Part shown: piece after piece, positions 38,343-45,721 of the stretch
Layout: every line of letters begins with the position of its first letter
Position numbering within the stretch: the stretch's first letter is position 1
Program-made: the position numbers and the translations under genes
Notes under the pieces: model-generated
Seen by the model: only the letters and a program-made list of their open reading frames with translations
What the model was told of the DNA's origin: nothing
Databases searched by the model: none
From: Elusimicrobiota bacterium
GTDB taxonomy: Bacteria; Elusimicrobiota; Elusimicrobia; UBA1565; UBA9628
Length of the DNA stretch: 48,257 bases
Assembly: GCA_028865585.1 (NCBI GenBank)
Contig: JAGWJU010000001.1
Coordinates: forward strand, 1-48,257
Reading direction: 5' to 3'

Positions 38343-39229
38343 AAATCCAGTGCCCGGCGAAGGTGAACCTGTTTCTCGAAATCGTCTCCAAGCGCCGCGA
38401 CGGCTATCACAACATCGCGAGCTTGATGGCCAAGATTCATCTCTACGACGTGCTGGACCTGGACTGGGCGCCGGGCGCGGACTTGAGCTTCGAGGTCCTG
38501 CCCGAGGACGGCGCCCCGGCGGTACCGGCGGGCCCCGACAACCTCGTGTTCCGCGCGGCCACGCGCTTGAGCGAGGAAGTGGGCGTCAAGCGCGGCGTGC
38601 GCCTGGCCCTGACCAAGAGGATTCCCGTGGGCGCGGGCCTGGGCGGCGGCTCCTCGGACGCGGCCGGGGCGCTTCTGGGCCTGGCCAAGCTCTTCGAACT
38701 GCCCAAGGGCGCCGAGACCAGGAAGCTTCTCTTCGACATCGGACGAAGCCTGGGCGCGGACGTGCCCTTTTTCCTGCAGCCCGCGGCGTTCGCGCTCGCG
38801 CGCGGCATCGGCGACCGGCTTAAACCCCTTAAAGTGCGGCACACGCTGCCCTACATGATCCTGGCCTACCCCGCGGTCGCGGTCTCGACGGCCGAAGCCT
38901 ACAAGGCGCTGCCCAAAGCGCCCCGCTCCGGCGTGTTGACAAGGCTGTCCCAGCTTGATAAACTGGCCCGGGGCCTGGAAAAGGGCCGTCCCCTCGAGAA
39001 TCTTTCGGGACTTTTCTTCAATCGCATGGAGGAGGCCCAAATCGACTCCCTGCGGACGGTGGAGCAGGCCAGGGCCATCCTCGAGAAGGCGGGGCTTTCG
39101 GGCGTGCGCATGTCCGGGTCCGGATCGTCGGTGTTCGGGTTCGCCGCGTCGCACGAAGAGGGGAAGCGGGTCCTGGCGCGCCTTTCGGGGTATCCCTGGA
39201 AAGTTTTTTTGACATCCTTGGGCGGCTGA
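38339..39229 (+). CDS. ispE: 4-diphosphocytidyl-2-C-methyl-D-erythritol kinase
   Basis: ORF 38090..39229 trimmed to ATG 38339 (ATGA overlap). CPAKVNLFLEI..RRDGYH, IPVGAGLGGGSSDAA. Confidence 0.9.
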   Translation: MKIQCPAKVNLFLEIVSKRRDGYHNIASLMAKIHLYDVLDLDWAPGADLSFEVLPEDGAPAVPAGPDNLVFRAATRLSEEVGVKRGVRLALTKRIPVGAGLGGGSSDAAGALLGLAKLFELPKGAETRKLLFDIGRSLGADVPFFLQPAAFALARGIGDRLKPLKVRHTLPYMILAYPAVAVSTAEAYKALPKAPRSGVLTRLSQLDKLARGLEKGRPLENLSGLFFNRMEEAQIDSLRTVEQARAILEKAGLSGVRMSGSGSSVFGFAASHEEGKRVLARLSGYPWKVFLTSLGG

Positions 39230-39233
39230 CGCG

Positions 39234-39533
39234 TTGCGAATAACGGAAATTCGGGTTCATCTGCGGGAAGAAGACAAGTTGAAGGCCTTCGCCACCGTGA
39301 CCTTCGACGACTGCTTCGCCGTGCGAAACATGAAGATCATCTCCAGCAACAAGGGGCTCATCCTCTGCATGCCGTCGCGGCGCCTGCCCGACGGCACCTA
39401 CCAGGACGTCGCCCATCCGGTCACGGCCGAGTTCCGCAAGGCGCTCGAGGACAAGGTTCTGGCTTCTTATCAGGACGAGCTCAAGAAGAAGGCGGCGCCG
39501 CCCGCGGGACCGGCCTCCGGCGGCGCGCGATGA
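39234..39533 (+). CDS. spoVG: SpoVG family protein
   Basis: (M)RITEIRVHL..KLKAFATVTFDDCFAVRNMKII...GLILCMPSRR. TTG start. Confidence 0.9.
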   Translation: MRITEIRVHLREEDKLKAFATVTFDDCFAVRNMKIISSNKGLILCMPSRRLPDGTYQDVAHPVTAEFRKALEDKVLASYQDELKKKAAPPAGPASGGAR

Positions 39534-39551
39534 CGGATTTGCGCCGGAGAC

Positions 39552-39625
39552 TCCCAGGTGGTGTAATGGTAACACAGCGGACTTTGAATCCGCTATTCCT
39601 GGTTCGAGTCCAGGCCTGGGAACCA
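39552..39625 (+). tRNA. tRNA-Gln (anticodon UUG), CCA encoded
   Basis: Acceptor stem TCCCAGG/CCTGGGA. Anticodon arm GCGGA-CTTTGAA-TCCGC places TTG at positions 34-36. T-arm CTGGTTCGAGTCCAG. 3' end is A-CCA. Confidence 0.9.
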
Positions 39626-39633
39626 GGGCGGCC

Positions 39634-41079
39634 ATGAAGCGCGGGCAAGCGCGGGAGCTGGGCGTGCTGGTCCTGGCCGCCGGCGCGGGCACGCGCATGG
39701 CCTCCGTCACGCCCAAGGTGCTCCACCCCATCGGCGGGCGGCCCATGATTTTCCACGTGCTGCGCGCGGCCAACGCCTTGAAGCCCGCCGAAATCGGCGT
39801 GGTCGTCGGCCACCAGGGCGACGCGGTCAAGTCCGCCTGCGAGGCCATGGCCAGGGACGGCGGCGTGGCGCGCCCGCTGGCTTTCGTGCGCCAGAAGGAG
39901 CCCAAGGGCTCGGCCGACGCGGTGATGACCTCCTTGTCCTTTCTCAAGAAGTTCAAGACCGCGGTGGTGCTCTGCGCCGACGCGCCCTTAATCACCTATG
40001 AGAGCCTCTACGCTCTTTTGCGCCTGCATCAGGAGCAGAAAAACCAGGTGACGTTTTTGACCGCGCGCGTGCGCAACCCGCGCGGCTACGGCCGCGTGGT
40101 GCGAAGCCCGTTGGGAGAGGTTCTGCGCATCGTCGAGGACGCGGTGGCCTCGTCCAAGGAGCTCTTGATTTCCGAGGTCAACTCCGGGGTCTACTGCTTC
40201 GAGACCTCGGCCCTGGCCGCGGCCTTGAAGGCGGTCTCGCCCAAGGGCCCCAAGAAGGAATTCTTCCTGACCGACGTCCTGGAGGTCGCGCGCGCCTCCG
40301 GCGGGCGCATCGGCGCGCATCTTCTGTCCTCGCCGGAGGAAATCGGCGGGGTCAACACGCGGGTGCAGCTCGCCGAGGCCCAGCGCCGCTTCAACCGCCG
40401 CATGCTCGAGCGCCTGATGCTCTCCGGCGTGACCGTCGTCGATCCGGCCTCGACCTGCGTCGACGCCGACGTCGAGGTGGGCCGCGACAGCGTGATTTGG
40501 CCGGGCACGGTCCTGCGCGGCAGGACCAAAATCGGCCGCGGCTGCGTCGTCGGCCCGCACTGCCTCATCGACGACTCCGAGGTGGGCGCCGAGTGCGAAA
40601 TCGAGATGTCGAGGCTTTTGCGCTGCCGCGTGCTCGAGAAGACCAGGGTGGGCCCCTTCGCGCACATCCGCGCGGACTCGGTCCTGGGCCCGCGCGCGCG
40701 GGTGGGCAACTTCAGCGAGCTTAAGGCCACGCGCCTGGGCGCGGGCTCCAAGGTCAACCACTTGAGCTACGTGGGCGACGCCGACGTCAAAGAGGACGTC
40801 AACATCGGCGCCGGCACGATTACCTGCAATTTCGACGGCCGCGCCAAGCACAAGACGACCATCGAGGCCCGGGCCTTCATCGGCTCCAACGCCACCATCG
40901 TGGCGCCCCTGCGCGTCGGTCGCGGGGCCCTGGTGGCCGCGGGCTCGACCATCGACGCGGACGTGCCCGCGGGCGCGCTCGCCTTCGGCCGCGCGCGGCA
41001 GGAGAACAAGCCCGGCCGCGCCAAGGACGGCCTGCTTTTAAACGGCGGCCGGAAAATCGCCGGAGGACGCCATGCCTAG
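39634..41079 (+). CDS. glmU: Bifunctional GlcNAc-1-P uridyltransferase / GlcN-1-P acetyltransferase
   Basis: LAAGAGTRM, N-terminal nucleotidyltransferase fold and C-terminal left-handed beta-helix hexapeptide repeats. Confidence 0.93.
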   Translation: MKRGQARELGVLVLAAGAGTRMASVTPKVLHPIGGRPMIFHVLRAANALKPAEIGVVVGHQGDAVKSACEAMARDGGVARPLAFVRQKEPKGSADAVMTSLSFLKKFKTAVVLCADAPLITYESLYALLRLHQEQKNQVTFLTARVRNPRGYGRVVRSPLGEVLRIVEDAVASSKELLISEVNSGVYCFETSALAAALKAVSPKGPKKEFFLTDVLEVARASGGRIGAHLLSSPEEIGGVNTRVQLAEAQRRFNRRMLERLMLSGVTVVDPASTCVDADVEVGRDSVIWPGTVLRGRTKIGRGCVVGPHCLIDDSEVGAECEIEMSRLLRCRVLEKTRVGPFAHIRADSVLGPRARVGNFSELKATRLGAGSKVNHLSYVGDADVKEDVNIGAGTITCNFDGRAKHKTTIEARAFIGSNATIVAPLRVGRGALVAAGSTIDADVPAGALAFGRARQENKPGRAKDGLLLNGGRKIAGGRHA

Positions 41080-42058
41080 GACCAAGGCCGCGCCCGCGCC
41101 GGCCAAGACCGAGCCCGTGCGCATCTTCCCGCGCTTCAAGATTTTCTCCGGCAACGCCAACCGGGCGCTCTCCGAGGACATCTGCCGCTACCTGGGCGCG
41201 GCCCCGGGCCGCGCGCGCGTCACGCGCTTCGCCGACGGCGAAATCAACGTGCAGATCGACGAGAACGTGCGGAGCATGGACTGCTACGTCGTCCAGCCCA
41301 CCTGCCGCCCGGTCAACGAGAACCTGATGGAGCTGCTCATCATGATGGACGCGCTGCGCCGCGCCTCGGCAGGGCGCATCACCGCGGTCATCCCCTATTT
41401 CGGCTACGCGCGCGCGGACCGCAAGACCGCGCCCCGCGTGCCCATCTCCTCCAAGCTCGTGGCCAACCTCATCACGGTCTCGGGCGCGCACCGCGTCATC
41501 ACGGTGGACCTGCACGCCGCGCAGATCCAGGGCTTTTTCGACATCCCGGTCGACCACCTCTACGCCGCGCCCATTCTCCTGGACTACATCCGCAAGAAGG
41601 GGCTTGAGGACCTGGTGGTGGTCTCGCCGGACGTGGGCGGCGTCGAGCGGGCTAGGGCCTTCGCCAAGCGCCTGGGCGCGCACCTGGTCATCATCGACAA
41701 GCGCCGGCCGCGGCCCAACGAGGCCTCGGTCTACAACATCATCGGCGACGTAGACGGCAAGACCGCGCTCATCCTGGACGACATGGTCGACACCGCGGGC
41801 ACGCTGACCAAGGTCGCCGCCAAAATCAAGGCCGCCGGCGCCCGGCGCATCTTCGCCGCCTGCTCGCACGGCGTGCTCTCCGGCCCCGCTTTGGATCTCA
41901 TCGAGAAGTCGGACATCGAGGAGATGATCCTCACCGACTCCATTCCCATCAGGAACCTGGACGGCGGGAAGTTCAAGGTCCTCTCCATCGCCCCTTTGAT
42001 GGGCGAGGCGATTTCACGCAACCACGAGGGCAAGTCCATCAGCGCCCTTTTCGTCTAA
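41072..42058 (+). CDS. prs: Ribose-phosphate pyrophosphokinase
   Basis: IFSGNAN..L, YFGYARADRK, DLHA.QIQGFF, PRPP loop LILDDMVDTAGT. Confidence 0.95.
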   Translation: MPRTKAAPAPAKTEPVRIFPRFKIFSGNANRALSEDICRYLGAAPGRARVTRFADGEINVQIDENVRSMDCYVVQPTCRPVNENLMELLIMMDALRRASAGRITAVIPYFGYARADRKTAPRVPISSKLVANLITVSGAHRVITVDLHAAQIQGFFDIPVDHLYAAPILLDYIRKKGLEDLVVVSPDVGGVERARAFAKRLGAHLVIIDKRRPRPNEASVYNIIGDVDGKTALILDDMVDTAGTLTKVAAKIKAAGARRIFAACSHGVLSGPALDLIEKSDIEEMILTDSIPIRNLDGGKFKVLSIAPLMGEAISRNHEGKSISALFV

Positions 42059-42079
42059 TATACTCGAGGTCAAAAAAAC

Positions 42080-42841
42080 ATGGAAGACATCAAATTGACG
42101 GCGGAAAAAAGGCCCTCCAAGGGCACCAAGAAGGATCTCTCGTCCCTGCGCGCGCGCCTGCGCGTGCCGGGCATCGTCTACGGCGAGGGCAAGCCGGAGA
42201 TTTTAGTGGAGGTGGCGGAGAAGGACATCCTCGCCGCGCGCAAGAAGGGCGGCGTCAACGCCATCCTGCACCTGGAGCTGGGCGGCGCGACCGAGACCGT
42301 CATCGTCAAGGAGCTCCAGAGGCATCCGGTTTCCTCCCAGCTCTGGCACGCGGACTTCCAGCGCATCTCCATGACCCGCAAGATCACGGCCAAGGTGCCG
42401 CTGCGCATCAAGGGCGAGGCGCCGGGCGTCAAGAACTCGGGCGGCGTGCTCCAGCACGAGCTGCGCGAGCTGACCTTAAAGGCCCTGCCCGCGAAGATTC
42501 CCCAGTTCATCGACGTGGACGTCTCGAACCTGGAGCTGCACAAGCACATCGCGGTCAAGGACCTGTCCCTGGGCGGCGACGTCGAAGTCGTGGAGGCTCC
42601 CGAGCACATCGTGGTGCACGTGACCATCGCCAAGGTCGAGGAAGCGGCTCCCGCTCCCGCGGCCGCGGACGCCGCCGCGGCGGGCGCGGCTCCGGCCGAA
42701 CCCGAGCTCAGCCAGGTCAAGGGCAAGAAGGACGAGGAAGGCAAGCCCTTGCCCAAGGAAGCCAAGGAGGGCGGCAAGGAAGGCGGCAAGGAAGCCGCCC
42801 CCAAGGGCAAAGAAGGCGGCGCGGCTCCGGCGAAGAAGTAG
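42080..42841 (+). CDS. rplY: 50S ribosomal protein L25/Ctc form with a long low-complexity C-terminal tail
   Basis: N-terminus ..KRPSKGTKKDLSSLRARLRVPGIVYG.. and the Ctc beta-barrel domain. The last ~60 aa are rich in Ala/Lys/Glu/Gly and contain a KEGGKE repeat. Confidence 0.85.
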   Translation: MEDIKLTAEKRPSKGTKKDLSSLRARLRVPGIVYGEGKPEILVEVAEKDILAARKKGGVNAILHLELGGATETVIVKELQRHPVSSQLWHADFQRISMTRKITAKVPLRIKGEAPGVKNSGGVLQHELRELTLKALPAKIPQFIDVDVSNLELHKHIAVKDLSLGGDVEVVEAPEHIVVHVTIAKVEEAAPAPAAADAAAAGAAPAEPELSQVKGKKDEEGKPLPKEAKEGGKEGGKEAAPKGKEGGAAPAKK

Positions 42842-42853
42842 CCGCGGACCCGC

Positions 42854-43420
42854 TTGGCGGAGCTGCGACTCGTCGTGGGCCTGGGCAACCCCGGCCCCCG
42901 CTACGCCCGCACGCGGCACAACGTCGGCTGGCGGCTGGTGGACTTTTTGGCCGGCCCGGACGCGGCCTGGAAGAACTTCAAGGGCCTGGGCGCCTGCGCG
43001 GACGCGGGAGGCTTTTTGCTGGCCAAGCCGGAGACCTTCATGAACGACTCGGGCCGCTTCGTGCGCGCCTTCGCGGCCTTCCGCCGGATTTCGCCCGCGG
43101 AAATCCTGGTCTGCTACGACGAGCTCGATTTGCCCTTCGGGCGCCTGCGCTTGAAGCCCTCCGGCTCCGCGGCCGGGCACAAGGGCATGGGCTCCATCAT
43201 CGCGGAGCTGGGCACCGAGGAGATTCCCCGGCTGCGCCTGGGCGTGGGGCCCAAGCCTCCCCAGGCCGACGGCGCGGCCTTCGTGCTGGGCCGCTTTTCC
43301 CCGGATGAGGAAAAAACCCTGGGCGGCGTGCTCGAGGCCGCGGCCCAGGCCGCGCGCCTGGCCCGGGCGGAAGGCCTGGAGGCGGCCATGAACCGCTTCA
43401 ACGGGGCGGCCGCGCCATGA
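42854..43420 (+). CDS. pth: Peptidyl-tRNA hydrolase
   Basis: LVVGLGNPGPRYARTRHNVGW, FMNDSG, GHKGM. TTG start. Confidence 0.9.
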   Translation: MAELRLVVGLGNPGPRYARTRHNVGWRLVDFLAGPDAAWKNFKGLGACADAGGFLLAKPETFMNDSGRFVRAFAAFRRISPAEILVCYDELDLPFGRLRLKPSGSAAGHKGMGSIIAELGTEEIPRLRLGVGPKPPQADGAAFVLGRFSPDEEKTLGGVLEAAAQAARLARAEGLEAAMNRFNGAAAP

Positions 43421-43635
43421 AGCCGCTGTTGCTCTCCCTGAGCGCCGTTTTTTTCCTGCTGGGCTTCGGCTATCTCTACCGCCCCGATCTGGTCTCCCGC
43501 CTGATGTCCTTCCTGCGCGACTACGTCTTGAACGACAGCCACATGATTCTGGAGCGCAAGAAGTGGGGGGCTTTTTTTCTGCTGGCGGGATTCTTCCTTC
43601 TTTACGTCGGCCTGGGCGGGATGGCGAGGCGCTAG
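43417..43635 (+). CDS. Small hypothetical membrane protein (2 predicted TM helices)
   Basis: 72 aa, ATGA overlap with the pth stop. Hydrophobic segments LLLSLSAVFFLLGFGYL and GAFFLLAGFFLLYVGLG. No family recognised. Confidence 0.45.
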   Translation: MKPLLLSLSAVFFLLGFGYLYRPDLVSRLMSFLRDYVLNDSHMILERKKWGAFFLLAGFFLLYVGLGGMARR

Positions 43636-43639
43636 CGCG

Positions 43640-44998
43640 GTGAAAGACTTAAAAGGCATGGCGGAGCAGGCTTTGGCGGACATCCGCGCGCGCCTGCCCG
43701 CGGGAGCGGAGGCGGAGATCTATCTCTCCCGCAGCGCCGGGCGCGGCGTCGAATTGCGCCGCGGCCGCCTGGACGCCGTGGAGGACTCCGAATCCTCCGG
43801 CGCGGGCCTGCGCGTCATCCACGAGGGGCGCGCGGGCTTCGCCTCCTGCGGCGGCCTGGAGCCGGAAAAAATACGCGGGCTCGCCGCGCCCGCGCTGGCC
43901 CAGCTCAAGCACTCCTCCGGCGACTATTTCCGCGCGTTCGCGCCGGCGGCCGCGGCGGAGGGCGCTCCGGCGGGTCCCCTGGCGGCGACGCTTTGGGACG
44001 AGTCCGTGCTCACCGGCCCCTGGAAGGAAAAAGAGGAGAGCTTGAAGGCCCTGTGCGCGGCGGCGCAAGCCGCGGACAAGCGCGTGGGCGACGTTCTGCG
44101 CGCGGGCTATCACGAAGGGCGCGGGGAGAGCGCGACGGCCAACACGCGGGGGCTTCTCTCCTGCGAGCGCGGCACCTTCGCGGGCGCCGGCGCCTCGGTC
44201 CTGGCTCTTCAGGACGGCGAACGCCAAATCGGCTCCTCCTCGGCCTCGGCCCGGAAGGGCGGCGGCTTCGACTTCAAGCGCCTGGGCGAAACGGCCGCGC
44301 GGCGCGCCTGCGCGCTTTTGGGCGCGCGCCAGGCTCCCAGCGGGCCCCGCGCCGTGATTTTCGATCCGTGGATTTCCGGCGAGTTCGTCGACTTGATCGC
44401 GGATCTCCTGTGCGCCGACGCGGTCCAGAAGGGCAAGTCGCTCATGGCCAGGAAGGTCGGCCTCAAGGTCGCCTCGCCCCTGGTCACCTTCGTCGACGAT
44501 CCGCGGCTGCCCGGCGGGACGGCCAGCTCCCTCTACGACGACGAGGGCTGCGCGACCAAGCGCAAGACCATGATCAAGGACGGCATCCTGCAGGACTACT
44601 TCTACGACGTGTATTGCGCCAATAAGGACGGCCGGCGCACCAACGCCAGCGCCGCGCGCGGCTCCTACCGCGGCCGGCCCGGGCCGGCCGCCTCCAATTT
44701 TTACCTCGCGCCCGGCAAGGACAAGCGCGACGACATCATCGCCGGGACCAAGAAGGGCGTCCTGGTCCTGGAGGTCATGGGCATGCACACGGTGGATCCC
44801 GTCTCCGGGGAGTTTTCCATTGGGGTCTCGGGCCTGGAGATAGACGGCGGCCGCCTGGGCGCGCCTCTGCGCTCGGCCATGATTTCCGGGAACCTGCTCG
44901 ACGTGCTCTCCCGCGTCGACGCCGTCGGCTCGGACCTCGCCTTCTACGGCTCCACGGGCGCGCCCACCTTCCGCGTCGCCGAGCTCTCGGTCGCCTAG
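43640..44998 (+). CDS. pmbA: TldD/PmbA-family metalloprotease
   Basis: 452 aa, GTG start. ..SGAGLRVIHEGRAGFA.., C-terminal GVLVLEVMGMHTVDPVSGEFSIGVSGLEIDGG. Confidence 0.85.
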   Translation: MKDLKGMAEQALADIRARLPAGAEAEIYLSRSAGRGVELRRGRLDAVEDSESSGAGLRVIHEGRAGFASCGGLEPEKIRGLAAPALAQLKHSSGDYFRAFAPAAAAEGAPAGPLAATLWDESVLTGPWKEKEESLKALCAAAQAADKRVGDVLRAGYHEGRGESATANTRGLLSCERGTFAGAGASVLALQDGERQIGSSSASARKGGGFDFKRLGETAARRACALLGARQAPSGPRAVIFDPWISGEFVDLIADLLCADAVQKGKSLMARKVGLKVASPLVTFVDDPRLPGGTASSLYDDEGCATKRKTMIKDGILQDYFYDVYCANKDGRRTNASAARGSYRGRPGPAASNFYLAPGKDKRDDIIAGTKKGVLVLEVMGMHTVDPVSGEFSIGVSGLEIDGGRLGAPLRSAMISGNLLDVLSRVDAVGSDLAFYGSTGAPTFRVAELSVA

Positions 44999-45009
44999 CC
45001 GGACGGCCG

Positions 45010-45127
45010 CCGGCGCTCCGAAACCCGTCCGCCCCCGAACCCCGGGAAACCCATCCCGGGTTTCCCTCCGGCCTTCGGCCGGAGCCTCCCTTCCCCACGG
45101 GGTCCGGCCTGGTTTTCGGAGCGCCGG
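45010..45127. repeat. Structured repeat, module 1, copy A (14-bp outer stem enclosing a conserved 53-nt segment plus extra hairpins)
   Basis: CCGGCGCTCCGAAA (45010-45023) pairs perfectly with TTTCGGAGCGCCGG (45114-45127). Inner hairpins are GGGAAACCC/GGGTTTCCC (45044-45066) and CTCCGGCC-TTC-GGCCGGAG (45066-45084). Positions 45013-45065 match the reverse complement of 47281-47333 at 48/53 by hand alignment. Confidence 0.8.
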
Positions 45128-45173
45128 CATGGACCTTCTCTTCTCTGCTTCGGCGCGGTTTCTCTTCGTCAAC

Positions 45174-45255
45174 GCCCGGGACGGGCGCGATCCGGAGCGA
45201 GATGAGCCCGAGAGCGCTCTTGACGGGGCGAGCGCAGGACGCGCCCGTCCCGGGC
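45174..45255. repeat. Structured repeat, module 2, copy A (16-bp perfect stem, 50-nt loop with a conserved 40-nt apex)
   Basis: GCCCGGGACGGGCGCG (45174-45189) pairs with CGCGCCCGTCCCGGGC (45240-45255). The apex 45195-45234 matches the reverse complement of 47187-47226 at 37/40. Confidence 0.8.
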
Positions 45256-45289
45256 GCAAACGCAAGGGCAAACAGCGCCGGCGGGTCCG

Positions 45290-45721
45290 CTAGCGCGCGA
45301 TCCGGTTGACGACCACGTCGGCCTGGCTGGAGCCGTTGGGCACGGGGTCGGGGCGGCGCCCTTCCAGGTCGCCGGGCCGGAGCTTGCCCACGTCTCCGCG
45401 AGAGTTTTCCTCCACTTCGATGAGGAAGGGCCCGCCGGGCGGCCCGCCCGGCAGCAGCAGATCGGGAGCGCCTAGGCGGTAGAAGACCGGAAAGACGGGA
45501 TTGACCACGCGGCGCACGGCCACGGGCACGCCGCCCATGTTCTTGGCGACGACGAAGAGGACCGAGTTGGGGCGCTGGGCGCGGGAGCGCAGCGGGGTCG
45601 AGACCGTGACCGTGCCCGAGAGCGAGAAGCCCCTGGCCCGGCAGGCGCCCAGGGCCAGCGCGGCGGCGGCGCCGGCCGCCAGGAGGACGCGGGCGCGCGA
45701 AGCCCGGACCGCCCGGGTCAC
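45290..45721 (-). CDS. Hypothetical lipoprotein
   Basis: GTG start in a GTGA overlap with the upstream gene. Lipobox-like ..AAALALGAC. No catalytic motif recognised. Confidence 0.5.
   Translation of the reverse strand: MTRAVRASRARVLLAAGAAAALALGACRARGFSLSGTVTVSTPLRSRAQRPNSVLFVVAKNMGGVPVAVRRVVNPVFPVFYRLGAPDLLLPGGPPGGPFLIEVEENSRGDVGKLRPGDLEGRRPDPVPNGSSQADVVVNRIAR

Noticed and set aside
45129-45292. A 54-codon ORF (MDLLFSASARFLFVNARDG...KRKGKQRRRVR) in the pmbA-lipoprotein gap.
   Set aside because: It has no Shine-Dalgarno or promoter and runs straight through the module 2 hairpin. The highly basic tail is typical of random GC-rich translation. The homologous region B has no equivalent ORF.
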